In this document: in pieces, positions 1 through 12,350 of the stretch
How positions within the stretch are numbered: the first letter of the stretch is position 1
How the letters are laid out: each line of letters opens with the position of its first letter
Source: Vicugna vicugna
Taxonomy: Eukaryota
Direction of reading: 5' to 3'
Assembly: GCA_013265495.1 (NCBI GenBank)
Contig: MU058788.1
Span: 1 to 64,000, forward strand
Length of the DNA stretch: 64,000 nt
Position numbers and translations under genes: made by a program
Notes under the pieces: generated by a model
Database searches by the model: none
What the model was told of the DNA's origin: nothing
What the model saw: the letters and a program-made list of their open reading frames with translations, nothing else

Positions 1-560
1 TGTATCACAAAGGCTGTCCAGGCTGGCTGGCGGAAACACAAATTATTCTTATCTACATATGAGCTCTAAGAATATTTAGCCTTCTCTCTGCAAGGTTCTT
101 TTCTGAGATTCAAGTAACTTCCTTTTCACAAAGCGGCAGATGAGTATTCATCTAGACACTTGAGTGGTTCCTTCTACAGATATCCAGAACTCTTCTCTGT
201 TCAACTCTATTTTTTTTCTTCACTATTCTGTCCCACAAATTTTAGTATCCTTGCCTCCCCCTCCCCCATTCTGGTCTCTTTATCCTGAACTCAGCCTGAT
301 CATCAGACGATTTGGGAACCCGCTCCCTGCCATACAGTGTCTCCAGGCACTAAGACAGAGCAATGTAGGGCTTACCTCACTTCCCTTCTCTCAGAAATAT
401 CAATCATGAACTGCCTGTTGTCTAGTGTCTGGAAAACGTTTTTAAAATATTTTTGTCCAGTTTTCTCTGACCTTTTCTTAAGGCATGAAGGTAAATCCAG
501 TCCCTGTATCCTATCATGGGATGAGGAAGAAGTCTATGTTATTCTTTTAAGACATTTTGT
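1..560 (-). mobile_element. Old L1 (L1M-type) fragment, probably 5' region
   Basis: Resembles antisense ancient L1 5' sequence (e.g. ...ggtaaatccagtccctgtatcctatcatggg...gaagtc); recalled similarity only. Confidence 0.4.
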
Positions 561-677
561 AGGGGGGTAGGAACACTAACTTAAAATTTAGACAGAATCA
601 AGGGAAATTTTTTCTTTCTGCTGGAAAAGATATTTCCTTCTGCCGTCAAGAGAGAACAAACCATTAGCGTTAAAGGC

Positions 678-1556
678 TGTAAGTGAAAGAAAAACAACTA
701 TTTTCTCTCCTCTTACAGCACTTCTGACACTGTGTGGGGGGTGCTGGGGAGGCACAGAGCGGCTCAATTCTTACAGTAACTACCTGGAGTTAGCATGGAC
801 CCCCAGGTTAAGGGCTCAGTCCCACAAAACTGTCCCCAACTTGGGACACCGATCATAAGTCCCAGGTTGTGACCTGTATTTCTGGCCAACCAGCTATAAA
901 TCAGGGCTTCCACAATTCCTTCCTTTTGTTCAGTCATTTGCTAGAACAGCACACAGAACTCAGGGAAACACTTACTTACATATTTTATGCATTATGAAGG
1001 ATACAACTCACGAAAAGCCAGTGGAAGGGATGGACGAGACGAGGTCTGAGATGGGGGTACACAGGGCTCCCACACCACCTCCAGGCGCACCACCCCTCCA
1101 ACACCCCTGTGTGGTCAGGAACCTGGACGCTCTCTCAACCCCCTCAATTAGGGTTTTCGTGGGAACTTCATGACATCATGACTGATTAAATCACTGGCTA
1201 TTAGTGATCAACTCAACCTCCAGCCCCTCTCCCCTTCCCACGAGTGAGAGGTGGAGCTGAAGGTGCCAGCTTTCTAATCCCATGGTTGGTTCCCTGGCGA
1301 ATACATAGTCCCCCATCCTTAGATGGCGTGCCCAAAGTCACCTCACTAACAGCAGCTCAGGTGTGGTTGAAAGGGGCTTGTTATGAATAACAAAAGACGT
1401 GGCTTTCAGCTTTATCACTCCACGCCAAATATTCCAACAAAAGATGCTCCATTGCCCTCACTGCTTAGGCGATTAGAAGGGTTTTAGGAGCTCTGGCCAG
1501 GAGCCAGGGACCAAGACCAAAATATTATCTGTTTCTTACTATCTCACAGTATCACG
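678..1556 (-). mobile_element. MER21-like solo LTR
   Basis: Starts TGT, ends cacagtatcacg (reverse complement resembles the MER21 start TGTGATATTGTG). Shares blocks with 35137-36107: ggttaagggctcagtcc, gctataa, cacagaactcagg, aaagtcacctca. Confidence 0.75.
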
Positions 1557-3293
1557 GCAATACTGGGTGGAAAGTTCCAAGACGCTCACTTCAGGTGACA
1601 TTTATTTTCTCTGCGATGTGGGAGGTACAGTAATCCGGTAAAAATGGTGTAAGATATAAGCTTCAGAGAGCAGCTAGTAGAGGCAAGGAGGGCCAAGTCG
1701 AGCTAACCAGGGAAGAGAAAAGAAATGGGTGACCAGGTTAGAGGACTCATGTTGGAAAGCATACATTTGTAATGATGCTAATCAAGGAGCAAGGTAACTT
1801 GAGTGGCAGGAGGAGGCCCCGTGTGAAAGTGTGAAATGAGGTGCTTGATCATGCGACCACGGCGCCACAAACCCAAGGCTCACAGACATTGAGCACTGAT
1901 GGAAATCACTGCTCAGGGCTTCTACAGCCACCAGATAGCATCCAAGCAAGGCTGATGCACCATTGGTGGAAGGGGCTGCATTTTCAGCCCCATCGCTGGG
2001 TCTGGCTGTAAAGCCTTCCCCAGATTCTTGGCTCCTGTTACTCTATTAAAAATAGTGAAACATTCATACATGGTCAGACGTTGAGGTCAGAACCACACCT
2101 TTAACCCTTGGGAAAGAGCACCCCCCGGGGAGGGCATGGGGTGGGAGTGGGGCTTTCAAAGAGGCACTGTTTGAAGAGGCCAGTTGGCTTCACCTGAACT
2201 GACCACACAAGAGGCCTTTCCTCTGGACCTTCTTTGCTGGCAGTTCTCACCAGCTTAAGCCCTGGATTTGTCTTTGGTCTCTGTTTAGTACCCAAGGTTT
2301 GCCCAAATTTTATATCCAAGTGTGGGAGTGGCCCCAGCCAGGTCCCCATTCATTCCTTCACAAGCTGAGGTCTAGCATCCCTTCAGAGCCTCTTTGCATG
2401 CATTAGTAAAAGGTGTCTCTTTTTGTAAATGTGCATAGGGGATCCCATGGAGGTCCCTAGCTTAACAAGCAGAATGAAGTTAGAGCTCAGCCCCCACCCA
2501 CCTCCTCGGCCAGCCACACTGGTGCAGTGTGTAACCCCCGCAACTGTCCACAGCTGCCACACACCCTTGATCTTCTTGCCTTGATTTCCTAACTCCTTCC
2601 TTGATATTAACAATTTCTAGTGGCGTCACCTGCCAGGCAGGGTCCTGGCCTCTCAATTTGCTACTTTCTGTAGGTCAGTACAGTTGCCCTTTCAGGATGG
2701 CCCCGGTTCCACCCAGGTGTTAATCCCTGAGCCAGTGATGGTCGGGGCAGGTTGTCCTAGGAGAACCTGCCTCTCCCCGGGGGTGTGGGATCTAGTGTCT
2801 GCCAGTGTCTTCCATCCAGGCTATCTGAGGCAACCTGAGTTCCTGGGACCCTTGGGGAGCTGAGCTGTGGCTTTCCCACCCTCCCCACCACTGGCTGTCC
2901 ACCACGTGACCAGCCAGGCCTTCCGTCCTTCTGTGCTCCTGCTGGTCACTCTCATGTCCAGAAGAGCCTGGGCCATGCCCTTCGAACCACTCTGATCAGC
3001 CGGGCCTCGTTCTGACCTTTAACCCGGATGCTGCCAGACATCCTGTGACCCTGAGACTGACCCGCAGGTGTCTTTTCAGGACGTCTTCATTCTCCTGACC
3101 TCGGGTTAGGGATCCTCTCCTGCTCCTCGGGTCCATCCCAGTGCCTGGGAACACCGACACATGGAACCATGAAAGTCCAATGTCAAACTTTAGAGTGGTT
3201 CTTTGAGAAAGTTTTGGTGGGAGAAGAGTCTGAAGTTGATGGCCAAAAACGAGGCCTGGAAAGGGGCCAAGATAATATTTCTCAACTGTGTCC

Positions 3294-3950
3294 TGTTGAT
3301 GAAAAAGATTAACCAATGATTGACCTAAGAAAGAAACGGACAATTTTATTGTGGCTAACCTGAGGATTATAACCCGGGAGAAAGTCTTTCAGAAAGCTCT
3401 GAGGACTGTTCTGCTCATTAGAGGTCAAAGTGCAGTTATGCAGTGTTTGAGACAAAGGCTTATACAGCAAATGATGCATGGACAGTTTATACAATCCAGA
3501 TCTACGTGTATAAAGCAAGTAGTAGGTCACCACGAGCCTTTACAAGATTAAGAAGGAAGGTTATGGGGGGAGGGTATAGCTCAGTGGTAGAGCGCGTGCT
3601 TAGCACACACGAGGTCCTGGGTTCAATCCCCAGTACCTCCATTAAAAAAATGTATGTGTATGTACATAATTACTTACCCCACCAAAAAATAAAATAAAAA
3701 TTCAGCAAAAAAAAAAAAAGATTCCCAAATAAAAAAAATTTTTTGGAAAAAAAAATGAAGGAAAATTATCTCCTAAGGAGTTATCTGAGGAATGGGTCCC
3801 CGGTGACCCTTCACAAGACTGAGAAGGAATGTTGTCACTTAAGATACATAACACACATTAAAGGGAAGGGAGGAGACCCAAACGGGCACAGAAAAATTCA
3901 ATGCTTAAATTTCTCTTGTCTTACCATAAAATAAGAATTTTATTTCATCG
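3294..3950 (-). mobile_element. Putative ERV solo LTR interrupted by a SINE
   Basis: TG start (tgttgatgaaa) and inverted end (tttcatc). Minus-strand AATAAA at 3345-3350, about 50 nt from one end. About 450 bp once the SINE is removed. Confidence 0.55.
3565..3755 (+). mobile_element. Vic-1-type tRNA-Ala-derived SINE (long form)
   Basis: Head GGGGAGGGTATAGCTCAGTGGTAGAGCGCGTGCTTAGC...GGTTCAATCCC with Pol III A and B boxes, then an A-rich tail. Approximate TSD gaaggaaggttat / gaaggaaaattat. Confidence 0.9.
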
Positions 3951-5299
3951 CTCCTATGAAACACTCGTTACACAGAGCATTTTATGGGTAAAAAAAAAAA
4001 AGAATTTGATCAAATATATTTGAGAAATCCAGAATTAGAAGCAGCTAAATAGATTCCTTTGTTGCAGGACTTCTCAGGGCTTTTAGTGTGCAAATACCTG
4101 TACTGTACCTGCAGAGGGGATCGGAGCGCAGCACCTCCCGAGCTGATCTGATTACAGAGCACGTCCCAGGGCCAGCGCTGTGCAGAATACTCTCAGGGAA
4201 AGGTGGCCTGCGGATCCTTCCCTGTTTCCCATCATTGTTTTATCAGGGATTGTTGCCTGGGACTCCTCAGGTGAGGGGGGAGCCTGGACCCCTCTGTGGT
4301 CCTGTCAGCTGCTGGTAAAGCTGAGAAAGAACCACAGGAGACGCCGGCTGCTGCTGGCTCTGGGCGCAAACCGCTCAGCACCTGGTTGATCTGCGTTTAA
4401 CACGCAGGATTGATTCTCTCACTTTTGCATTCTCAAACCTGCTGGAACAACGCTATTCTTGAAATATGCTAATGTTTCCCTTTGAAACAACTGCCCTGCT
4501 CATTTCAAAATGATGGGTTTTCTCTTTCAGCCCTTTTATTGAGCTCTCTTTGATTAAAGATGTCTTTTTAAACAGTTCTCAGCTCTCAGCCCCACCCCAC
4601 CAATGAAAGAACATGACCGGGAGGAGCAGCTTGGAAAGAATGAGCCACGACTTCCACCCCAAGCCACGTGCTCAGCGGAGCCGAGGGCAGAGCCTCTTTC
4701 TACATCAAAACAGGGCTTCCTCCTGGCGCCGCTCCATCTTTAACAAGCAGGTGAGGGCTCTGCTTTCTGGGATGAAGATGCTCTGTGGTGACTGATCTGT
4801 CAGGAGAGAAGTGGTCACAGTGGGATGAAGGGTATTTGGAGAAAGCTGGAGGCCCCAGTCCTCAGCAGCGAGCAACGGGCTGAAAAAAGAAACCAGAAAG
4901 TTGAGAAAACATGCATTGAGTTCAGGTTTTCATAGTGCGAGTTCTCACAGAACAGAGTTCTAGGTGGAGCGGGCTTCAGACACCAGGGAGGCGCTGGAAT
5001 TAGGAACTTCGAGGGGCCAGTCATTCAGGAGCCTCTCTCTGCTGCTGGGTGCACCGGGGCTGCAGGGAGAGGATGCCCAGACCTGTGAGGTGGGGCTGGC
5101 CCTCCTCTGACGGAACCGCTGGGGAGATGGACAGGTACAGGGATAATTACCGCAGAGGAACAGATATGAAACATGTGAGCGTGCTGTACCCAGTGGGCAG
5201 ATAGAGCTCAGACGAGAAAGAGCTCCCGGGGGTTGGGTCTGTAGCAGGGTTTGTGCCAGAGGCCACATCTGAGCTGGATTTCAGGTTTCATAGGCAGCC

Positions 5300-5760
5300 A
5301 TGTCATGACACTTCTTGTCACCTCCCTAGCCTCCACTTCCCACGTTTTCACTTCCTAACAGAACAGTGACTTAATTCTGGCATTTACCTCTTGCCAACAC
5401 AGTCCGTGGGCTTCCGGAAATGTTTAACTCTCGTTAAGCCGTTCCCTTGGTGACATCATTGTTTCGGTTGCGGGGTATGGCCTCTGTGGGTCCAATCAGG
5501 GTGAATTTCTAGAGTCCTGCTTGGGATTCTAGGGCAGAAGCACTGTCTCCGCCATTGGATACCACTGAGAAAAGTCTTTCTGCATAAGGGAGCCATCCCA
5601 CAGCCCCAGGGGGAGCCTCCGAGGTTGGACAGCTAACTGGAGAAACGGAAATGGTCTTTGATGCTGTCCCTGAGCCTCTGATGCTAAACCGGAAGTCCTT
5701 CTGTCTCGTCAGTCAACGGAGCTCTCGCTGGCTAGTGTAAAGGACATAACATCGTAGCGT
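5300..5760 (+). mobile_element. Old MaLR LTR (MLT1J/K/L-like), degenerate
   Basis: Motifs such as cttcctaacagaac and ccaatcagggtgaat are typical of late MLT1 LTRs; recalled similarity, boundaries uncertain. Confidence 0.4.
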
Positions 5761-7375
5761 ATGCAGAAGGCCAGCAAGTGGCGGGAAACTGACTCTAGGC
5801 TGCACGTACAGGCACAGCTCCCAGTACTCACCCATCTGCAGAACTGGTGTGAAGGGCACCTGTTACATCCATCAACCCGGGGCGCCTCTGCCCTGGCCAG
5901 CAAAGCGGGTGCCCGACCCCAGCCTGCTCCACACACAGGTGGCTTCAGATAGGGACCAGCTCAGCCAGGGTGGTCCGGGACTTTGCCAGTTTTTACCACC
6001 GATAACCTCACACACCATCCGTGCCAGGCAAACCAGGACAGCTGGTCACCCTCCCATCCAGTTGAAGCTTCAGGAGAGCCCAGCTGATTGGTGGAACCCA
6101 CGGCCACCTGGCAGTAAGAGGCCCGGGCCTCTGTGTTGAAAAGGTGTGATTCCCAGTGTGACTGACCATCAAAATGCGGGGAGGATGTTTGAGCAGCCAA
6201 GACTGACCAATGTACACTTAGCCGCCATCGCCAGCCTTCCCAGGTCAGTGAGCAGTAACCTTTACCACTTCTAACCTGGCTTGCAGCCAGAGCGTTCTAC
6301 CTGATCCAGGAGGCTTTCGGCAGCTCCTGGGAGAGAACGTTTGAGCTGGTTGGGAGAGGACGCCCGAGTGTTTTTTTAGTGTTAGGTAACATGTTTACTG
6401 TGTGCACGGCAATTGGAGGTCTGACGACACAATCAGTACTATGGTCTCGTGTAACTCAAAACCGAAACGGTCTGTGTTTGAATTGTCAAATGGTGTGTGT
6501 AATGTGCTGCTGTGTACAGAGCGGCAGTGTCCATTATGGGTGCCAAAAACCGTTCTGATGGCAGCTAAACCCTGAAGGTGTCTTTGAGTACTTGGAATAA
6601 GTTTGATTTGAGAAAAGGGGGAGGCAGGGCACATGGCTAGGGCTTCCCTCATAGGAGTGCGGATTTAACCCATTTTACCTTGGGGCGCTGGGACAAAGGA
6701 GTGAGAAATAGTTGAATCGACAGAAAGGGAGAGCAATAAAATCATTTTATTTATTGAATGAGAGACAGGATTTAATGCTTTAAGCCTCAGTGAGAAAGAG
6801 CCGTGCATTCCTTCCATGAATAGGGTATTTTGGCTCCAGCAGCAAGGTCCAGATGACAACGAACTCCCTGGACACAGATCTCCATGAACCAGGGCGTGCA
6901 TGGAGGGGTGGTACAGGAGGTGGGGGGTCTCATGAATCGTTTATGAAACCGTCTCCTGTGCGTCCAGCATGTGGAGGAGTCTTCCCAGTGTCATTTACAG
7001 TTGCTGCTGAAATACATGTGACACGACACATCCCCTGCAGGTCTGGGCAGGGAGCCCGCCAGCCTGCCCTGCAGCCACGCGCCCCTTCCAGGTTCTTCTA
7101 GTGGGACAGCAACAGCTGGCCTCCTGCCTGCTGCCGGACAGCCACGGCCACGGTGGTGGAGCCAGCCGCCGGGGAATGTCGCACACCCACCCTCGGGGGC
7201 AGATGGGCTGAGGGGCGGATTAGCCATGCTGCTTGCAAAATCCTTCTGCCCTCTCAGGTGAGCCCAGGTGAGTTTCGGGTCTCCTGGAGAGGCAGGCAGG
7301 ACAGGCGCTATGACACTCATTTCGGAGATGAGCGAACTAAGATTCCACGGGAGTGTAACTCACCCCTACCACGTG

Positions 7376-7466
7376 TTTTTGTTTGTTTGTTTTTAATAGA
7401 GGCTCTGGGGATTGAGCCCCTGATACATGCTAAGCGTGTGCTCTGCCACTGAGCTCTGTCTTCCCC
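7376..7466 (-). mobile_element. Vic-1-type SINE, short form with internal deletion
   Basis: Reverse complement of the SINE head (ggggattgagccc...catgctaagcgtgtgctctgccactgagct), preceded by a T-rich tail. Confidence 0.8.
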
Positions 7467-8631
7467 TAAATCCCCCAGCTTGGTGAGTGCGACAAGGCCC
7501 TATAAGAAGAGATTTGTCCCTGGTGACTCTGCCTGTCGCATGTTAGAGGCAAAGAGAGGAAGCAGAATCGTTTGTTCAATTTGTTCAATTTCAACCATCA
7601 AAAAACAAAGTCAATCATTTTAAAATGCCTGAATATTCCCAAATATCCCCCTTCTTCGGGCAGATTCATTTCATCCCGTAATGGACTGGTGTCTGCTGGA
7701 GGGCTGAGCTACTTGGTAACTGTATACCCTGTGGCATTTTTTTTTCTTTTATTCTATACAGAAAAAAACTAAGTTGCCTGAAGTTGCCCGATGTATTCAA
7801 AGGAAGAAATACCAAAGCAAGTTACTTGCATCAGTGCCTTGGGCATGTCCGAGGCCCCACGTGTTTCCCTGCGGTCTGGCCTCACTTATGCAGTCGCGTT
7901 CGATAGAACGTGACCTAGGCTACATTGCCTCGTCAGCAGAATTTTCGCCTTCTTTTTCGTACGTTTCTCACCCTCCCAGAGCCATCCAGATCCGCTTTGC
8001 TTTCCTCACCGGCTCCCATCTGCTCTGCACAGGGACTATTTCTGTCTCCCTGCAAGTACCCAGCTCGGCCCCGGCCCACCCCTCACTAGCAGGCTCCTTG
8101 GACCTCTTCCTACGTAGACCCTCTCCACGGGCATCCTGGGATGGACCCTTCGGTCATGTTTGTATTCCACGCTCTTAACTGTTTGGGGAGGCGGGTGAAT
8201 TCTACGCAATCTAGCCAGTTGGATTTTCAGTTCCTGGGGATCTGGAATTGAGCCTCGGAGATCATTCCTAAAATCTGTGAGATGTAGGACTGAGCCAGGA
8301 GGGCCGTGCTTGGCCCACCAGCCCTGAGGTCGAGGGAGCAGCTACTTTAGAGATGCATGAAGCACAGAGCAGAACCCGGGGGCGCTGAGAGTCGGCGGGG
8401 AAGCTGGGTCTTGGGGCATCTCCATTCGGAAAGCCAGCCCCTTCGCAGCCTGGCCAGACTCCCAGTCCTCGCCCTTTTCTGCTTATGCTGGGGACGGGGT
8501 TCTGTGTCTTGTACCCTTAACCACTGCTGCACCCAACCTCACTCAATTTGGTGGCAAGATCTGGCTGAGAGCATCTTCTGACTCTAGCTTTGCCATCTGA
8601 AAAGGACATTTGATCTAATCTGATCTCTATG

Positions 8632-8975
8632 TGTTACAGCCTAAATCATGTCCCCCCCCAAATTCACATACAGAAGTCCTAACCCTCAGTTCCTCAGAAT
8701 GTGACTGTATTTAGAGACAGGTCTTGAAAGGGGTGATTAAGTTAAAAAGAGGCCATCGGGGTGGCCTCTCATCCAATCTGACTGGCGTCCTTATGAACGA
8801 GGCGAGGAGGATGCAGACCCACAAGATGTGAAGACACAGAGGATGGTGATCCACACACAAAGGAGAGAGGCCTCAGGAACAACCAGCCCTGGCGACACCT
8901 TGACCCCAGACTTCCAGCCTCCAGAACCCTGAGCCAGCATCCATCTAAGTGGTGGCCCCGGCAGACCCAATACCA
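8632..8975 (+). mobile_element. MLT1A/B-like MaLR solo LTR
   Basis: Diagnostic blocks gaagtcctaaccc, cctcagaatgtgactgtattt, ccaatctgactggcgtccttat, acaccttga..cagacttccagcctccagaac. Confidence 0.85.
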
Positions 8976-9178
8976 TAGACCTCCATCCTCCTGGCCTGGG
9001 GTTTGCTCACGCCCTTCCTCAGGGCCCACTCCCTGCCCCTCAAGGAGTCGCTGCCCCTCCCGTGTGCCTGGGAGACGTCCCCTACCCAGGCTTCTCTGCT
9101 CTGTCTCACCCCTCAACTTCCTTACGCAGGTGACGTGCTGGGTGGTGACCAGGCACAGCTTCCATTTTCTCTCCATTC

Positions 9179-9547
9179 TTTTTTTATTGAAATACAGTTG
9201 ATTTACAATGTCGTGTCAATTTCTGGTGTACAGCAGAGTGATTCAGCCACACATATACGTATATACACACTCGTTTTCATATTCTTTTTCATTATAGGTC
9301 ACTACAAGACATTGAATACAGTTCCCTGTGCTGTACAGAAGGACCTTGTTGTTTATTTTTAGTAGGTAGTGTCTGCAAACCTCAAACTCCCAATTTATCT
9401 CTCCCCACCCCCTTTCCCCCCTGGTAACCATCAGTTTGTCTACTGTGTCTGTGAGTCTGTCTCTGTTTTGCAAATAAATTCCTTTGTGTCCTTTTTTTCC
9501 CTCCTTTTTAGATTCCATCTATAAGTGATATCAATATGGCATTTCTC
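9179..9547 (-). mobile_element. 5'-truncated cetartiodactyl L1 3' UTR with TSD
   Basis: Poly-T then attgaaatacagttgatttacaatg...; homologous to 56133-56398. Flanked by direct repeat tttctctccattc (9166-9178 and 9548-9560; partly overlapping L1 sequence). Confidence 0.85.
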
Positions 9548-9989
9548 TTTCTCTCCATTCATTTTTAACCTCCTTCCTCCCGCCCCACTGCCCCAGCAGA
9601 GTAGGCACCAATGACTTCAGCAGCATAACGCTGTCCTCAGCTGGGCCTGATCAGTAGACCGTGGCCGACATTCTCACGGAGATGGCTGGTCACCTTGCCT
9701 CCCAGTCCAATTTCCCTTACAAACCCTCCGTCACCAAACACACTGTTAGTGTCCGGACTCCTGACTCTCCCATCACCCCATTTCTTTGCTCCTCTTTGCT
9801 GCAAAACTCCAAGGAGTTCACTAAATTCTCTCCTTCCACTTCCCCCTTCCCATCCTCTCTGTTTTTATTTGCTGTTAGATTTTCAGCTGTATTCTATTGC
9901 ATTTCACTTTTAAGGAACTTTAGAGAGTCCAGAGCTCGGTCCATGACCACCGGTTCCCCACCCCACTGGCTTCCTGGGTGTTCTCAGCC

Positions 9990-10945
9990 GTCCCCCTGTG
10001 CCCAGGACTCACCCGTCCATCTCCAGCTCACACCGCTTCCTCAAATCCCGACACACGTCCCACCGCTACTTGATGTCTTCCTCTGGGAGCTCATGAGAGA
10101 TCTCAAAATCAACATACCCTAGGGGGAGGGTGTAGCTCAAGTGGTATGAGCATGTGCATAGCATGCATGAGGTCCTGGGTTCAATCCCCAGTCCCTCCTC
10201 TAAAAATAAATATGCTGAATTAAGTCCCCCTCTAAAAAAAAACTTTTTAAACCAACGCACCCTACAACCAACTCCTGATCATTTCTCGGTGGGTATAGCT
10301 CAAGTGGCCCTACCTACCACCTTCCCTCCTCTGCTGCGGGCAGCTCAGGGCAGAGTCCTTGGGGTCCACCTTAGCTTCCTTCTTTCTCCCATTCCCCCAC
10401 TTTCCACCTGCAGGCAGTCTCCTTGGTTCTCCCCTCAAATCACCCGAGGCTGACCCTTCTCACCTCCTCTGGTGTTCCCACTGTGGTCTGAGCCACCATC
10501 CTGTTTCAGTACCTTCCTGAAAGATCTTTCTGGACCTGCCCTGCACCCAGGAATCGAATCTCAGCATCCATCATGTCTCTCTCCTGCCCCAGATTCCGTT
10601 CCACTCAGAGTAGAAGCCAAGAGCTTATGGTCGCCCCTGGGGTCCCACACTCTCAATTTGCTGTGACCTTTGACCCATCTCTGACCTCTTTCCCCTCACT
10701 CTCAGTTTGCTCCAGCCACATTGGCCTCGCTCTGTTCACCCCGCAGGCCAGACAAGCCCTGGGGGTGCATTGGCTGCTCTGGCTCCTGCTTGGAATGCCC
10801 TCCGCCAGGTGCTCACTGGCTAATTCTCTCATCTCCATCCAGTCTGGGCTCTGTGGGGCCGCCCACCTGAGCCCCTTGTGTCCCCTGTTGTAACCCAAGT
10901 TCCTAGAATAGTGCCTGGCACAAAGCATGTGCCTCTTAAATGGGC
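9990..10945 (+). mobile_element. L2 3' region, fragmented and interrupted by a SINE
   Basis: L2-like blocks tctcaaaatcaacat and tccagccacattggcct; L2 terminus cctagaatagtgcctggcaca...aaat near 10902-10941. Confidence 0.6.
10122..10248 (+). mobile_element. Vic-1-type SINE (long form)
   Basis: gggggagggtgtagctcaagtggta...gaggtcctgggttcaatcccc; TSD aaatcaacatacccta / aaaccaacgcacccta. Confidence 0.9.
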
Positions 10946-12261
10946 CGAAGAAGTCAGCAGAACTTCTCCCTGAAGTCCACCCACCATGGTCCTCCCTCCA
11001 GAAACATCCTCACCCGTGGAGACAGTGGCTGTGTCTCCCCATCTTATCCTTGAGAACGCCTCTCTCGGAGAGCCTACGCAAGTGCAAGCCCACCCCACCC
11101 CCCAGCAGTCTGCTCTCACAGGAGTGTAACCCCAGTACATCCTGAAGTCACCTTTTAAATTAATCTTTTTTAAAACCCTAAAATGCTGCTTTTAGTCTCT
11201 CACACACCCCATCCTCCAATGCCTGTTGGATCAAGTTCAGAACATTGGTCTGTGAGTCAGTCTCCAGCTACATACGGCCTCCATCCAGGGGCCGTCCCCA
11301 CAGCTGTCTGTCTGCACATCTGCATGATTGCTGCCTCCCTGCCAGTCACCTGCCCCACTTTTTTGGCCCCCCTCCTGGTCCACTCTTCTTCCCAGAATGT
11401 TCACACTTCGGACTAAATTATACTCATCCTTCAAAGCCCAGCTCAAACCCTCCCCCAAGACCCATCCCAGGCACTCCAGCCCACACTGATGCGTCTCTTC
11501 TCTGAATTCTCATAACCACAATTGAGGGCGGCTTCTGATTTAAAGCCAGATCAATGCAGTAGGAGATTAAGGACAGCAAACCTTTTTTCGTTTGGAAATC
11601 CAAAAGAGACTTTGACAGAAACCTGGCTTGCCCTCCATCACATATACTACATTATAAATTTTCCGCTGACTTCTTAATTGTCCACACCCAGCATCTGGCC
11701 GCTTTATTTACTGCTTTCTCATCTATTCTCGGTGGGTGTGCTCTGTCTTTCAAACAAGGCAATAAGTTCCTTGAGGCTAAAAGCTGTTTTTATGCAGCGA
11801 TACCTTGATTAGAAATTCTTCAGGAACAAGGCTCATTTATTCCAAGTTAACTATGTTCAAAAACAAAAACAAAACATCTTCATAAATCGTCCGAGGCAGA
11901 GCTGCTTGCTTCCAGCCGCATGTCGGAAATACTCCGGTGTGGTCTCTGCTGGTCTCTGTCCCTTCTGAAGTCAACACGGCTGGTCCTGGGGGGTGTCGGA
12001 GTCTGCGAGGTACACCCTGGATGCCTGGAGTCTTTCCTTCTCCTCCTCAGCCTCTGCAGTGCCACCTTCAGGACTCTTGGGCTCATCCTTACCCACCTCC
12101 AGCTTCCTAATCCCACGACCTCATCCAGGGCGGAGGGTCCTTCCCGTTTACTGATGAATTGAAACTCACTTCCTCTGCAGTGTATACACCACACTAGAAG
12201 GTATGAGATTTTCCTCCGTGCTCTTCATGAATGTTTCCAGCCATCTAGAACTCAGCTTGAT

Positions 12262-12350
12262 GGGGAAGGTGTAGCTCAGTGGTAGAGTGCATGCTTAGCA
12301 TGCACGAAGTCCTGGGTCCAAACCCCAGCGCCTCCATTAAAAAGAAAAAA
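12262..12350 (+). mobile_element. Vic-1-type SINE (short form)
   Basis: tRNA-Ala-like head plus A tail; TSD tagaactcagcttg / tagaacacaccttg. Confidence 0.9.

Noticed and set aside
1780..3000. Possible ERVL/MaLR internal and LTR remnants
   Set aside because: Only a vague resemblance; I could not fix termini or a recognisable protein motif.
3565..3641. tRNA-Ala(AGC) genes at this and six similar loci
   Set aside because: A-rich tails, target-site duplications at most copies, extended GGGGAGG 5' end and stem mismatches mark them as SINEs.
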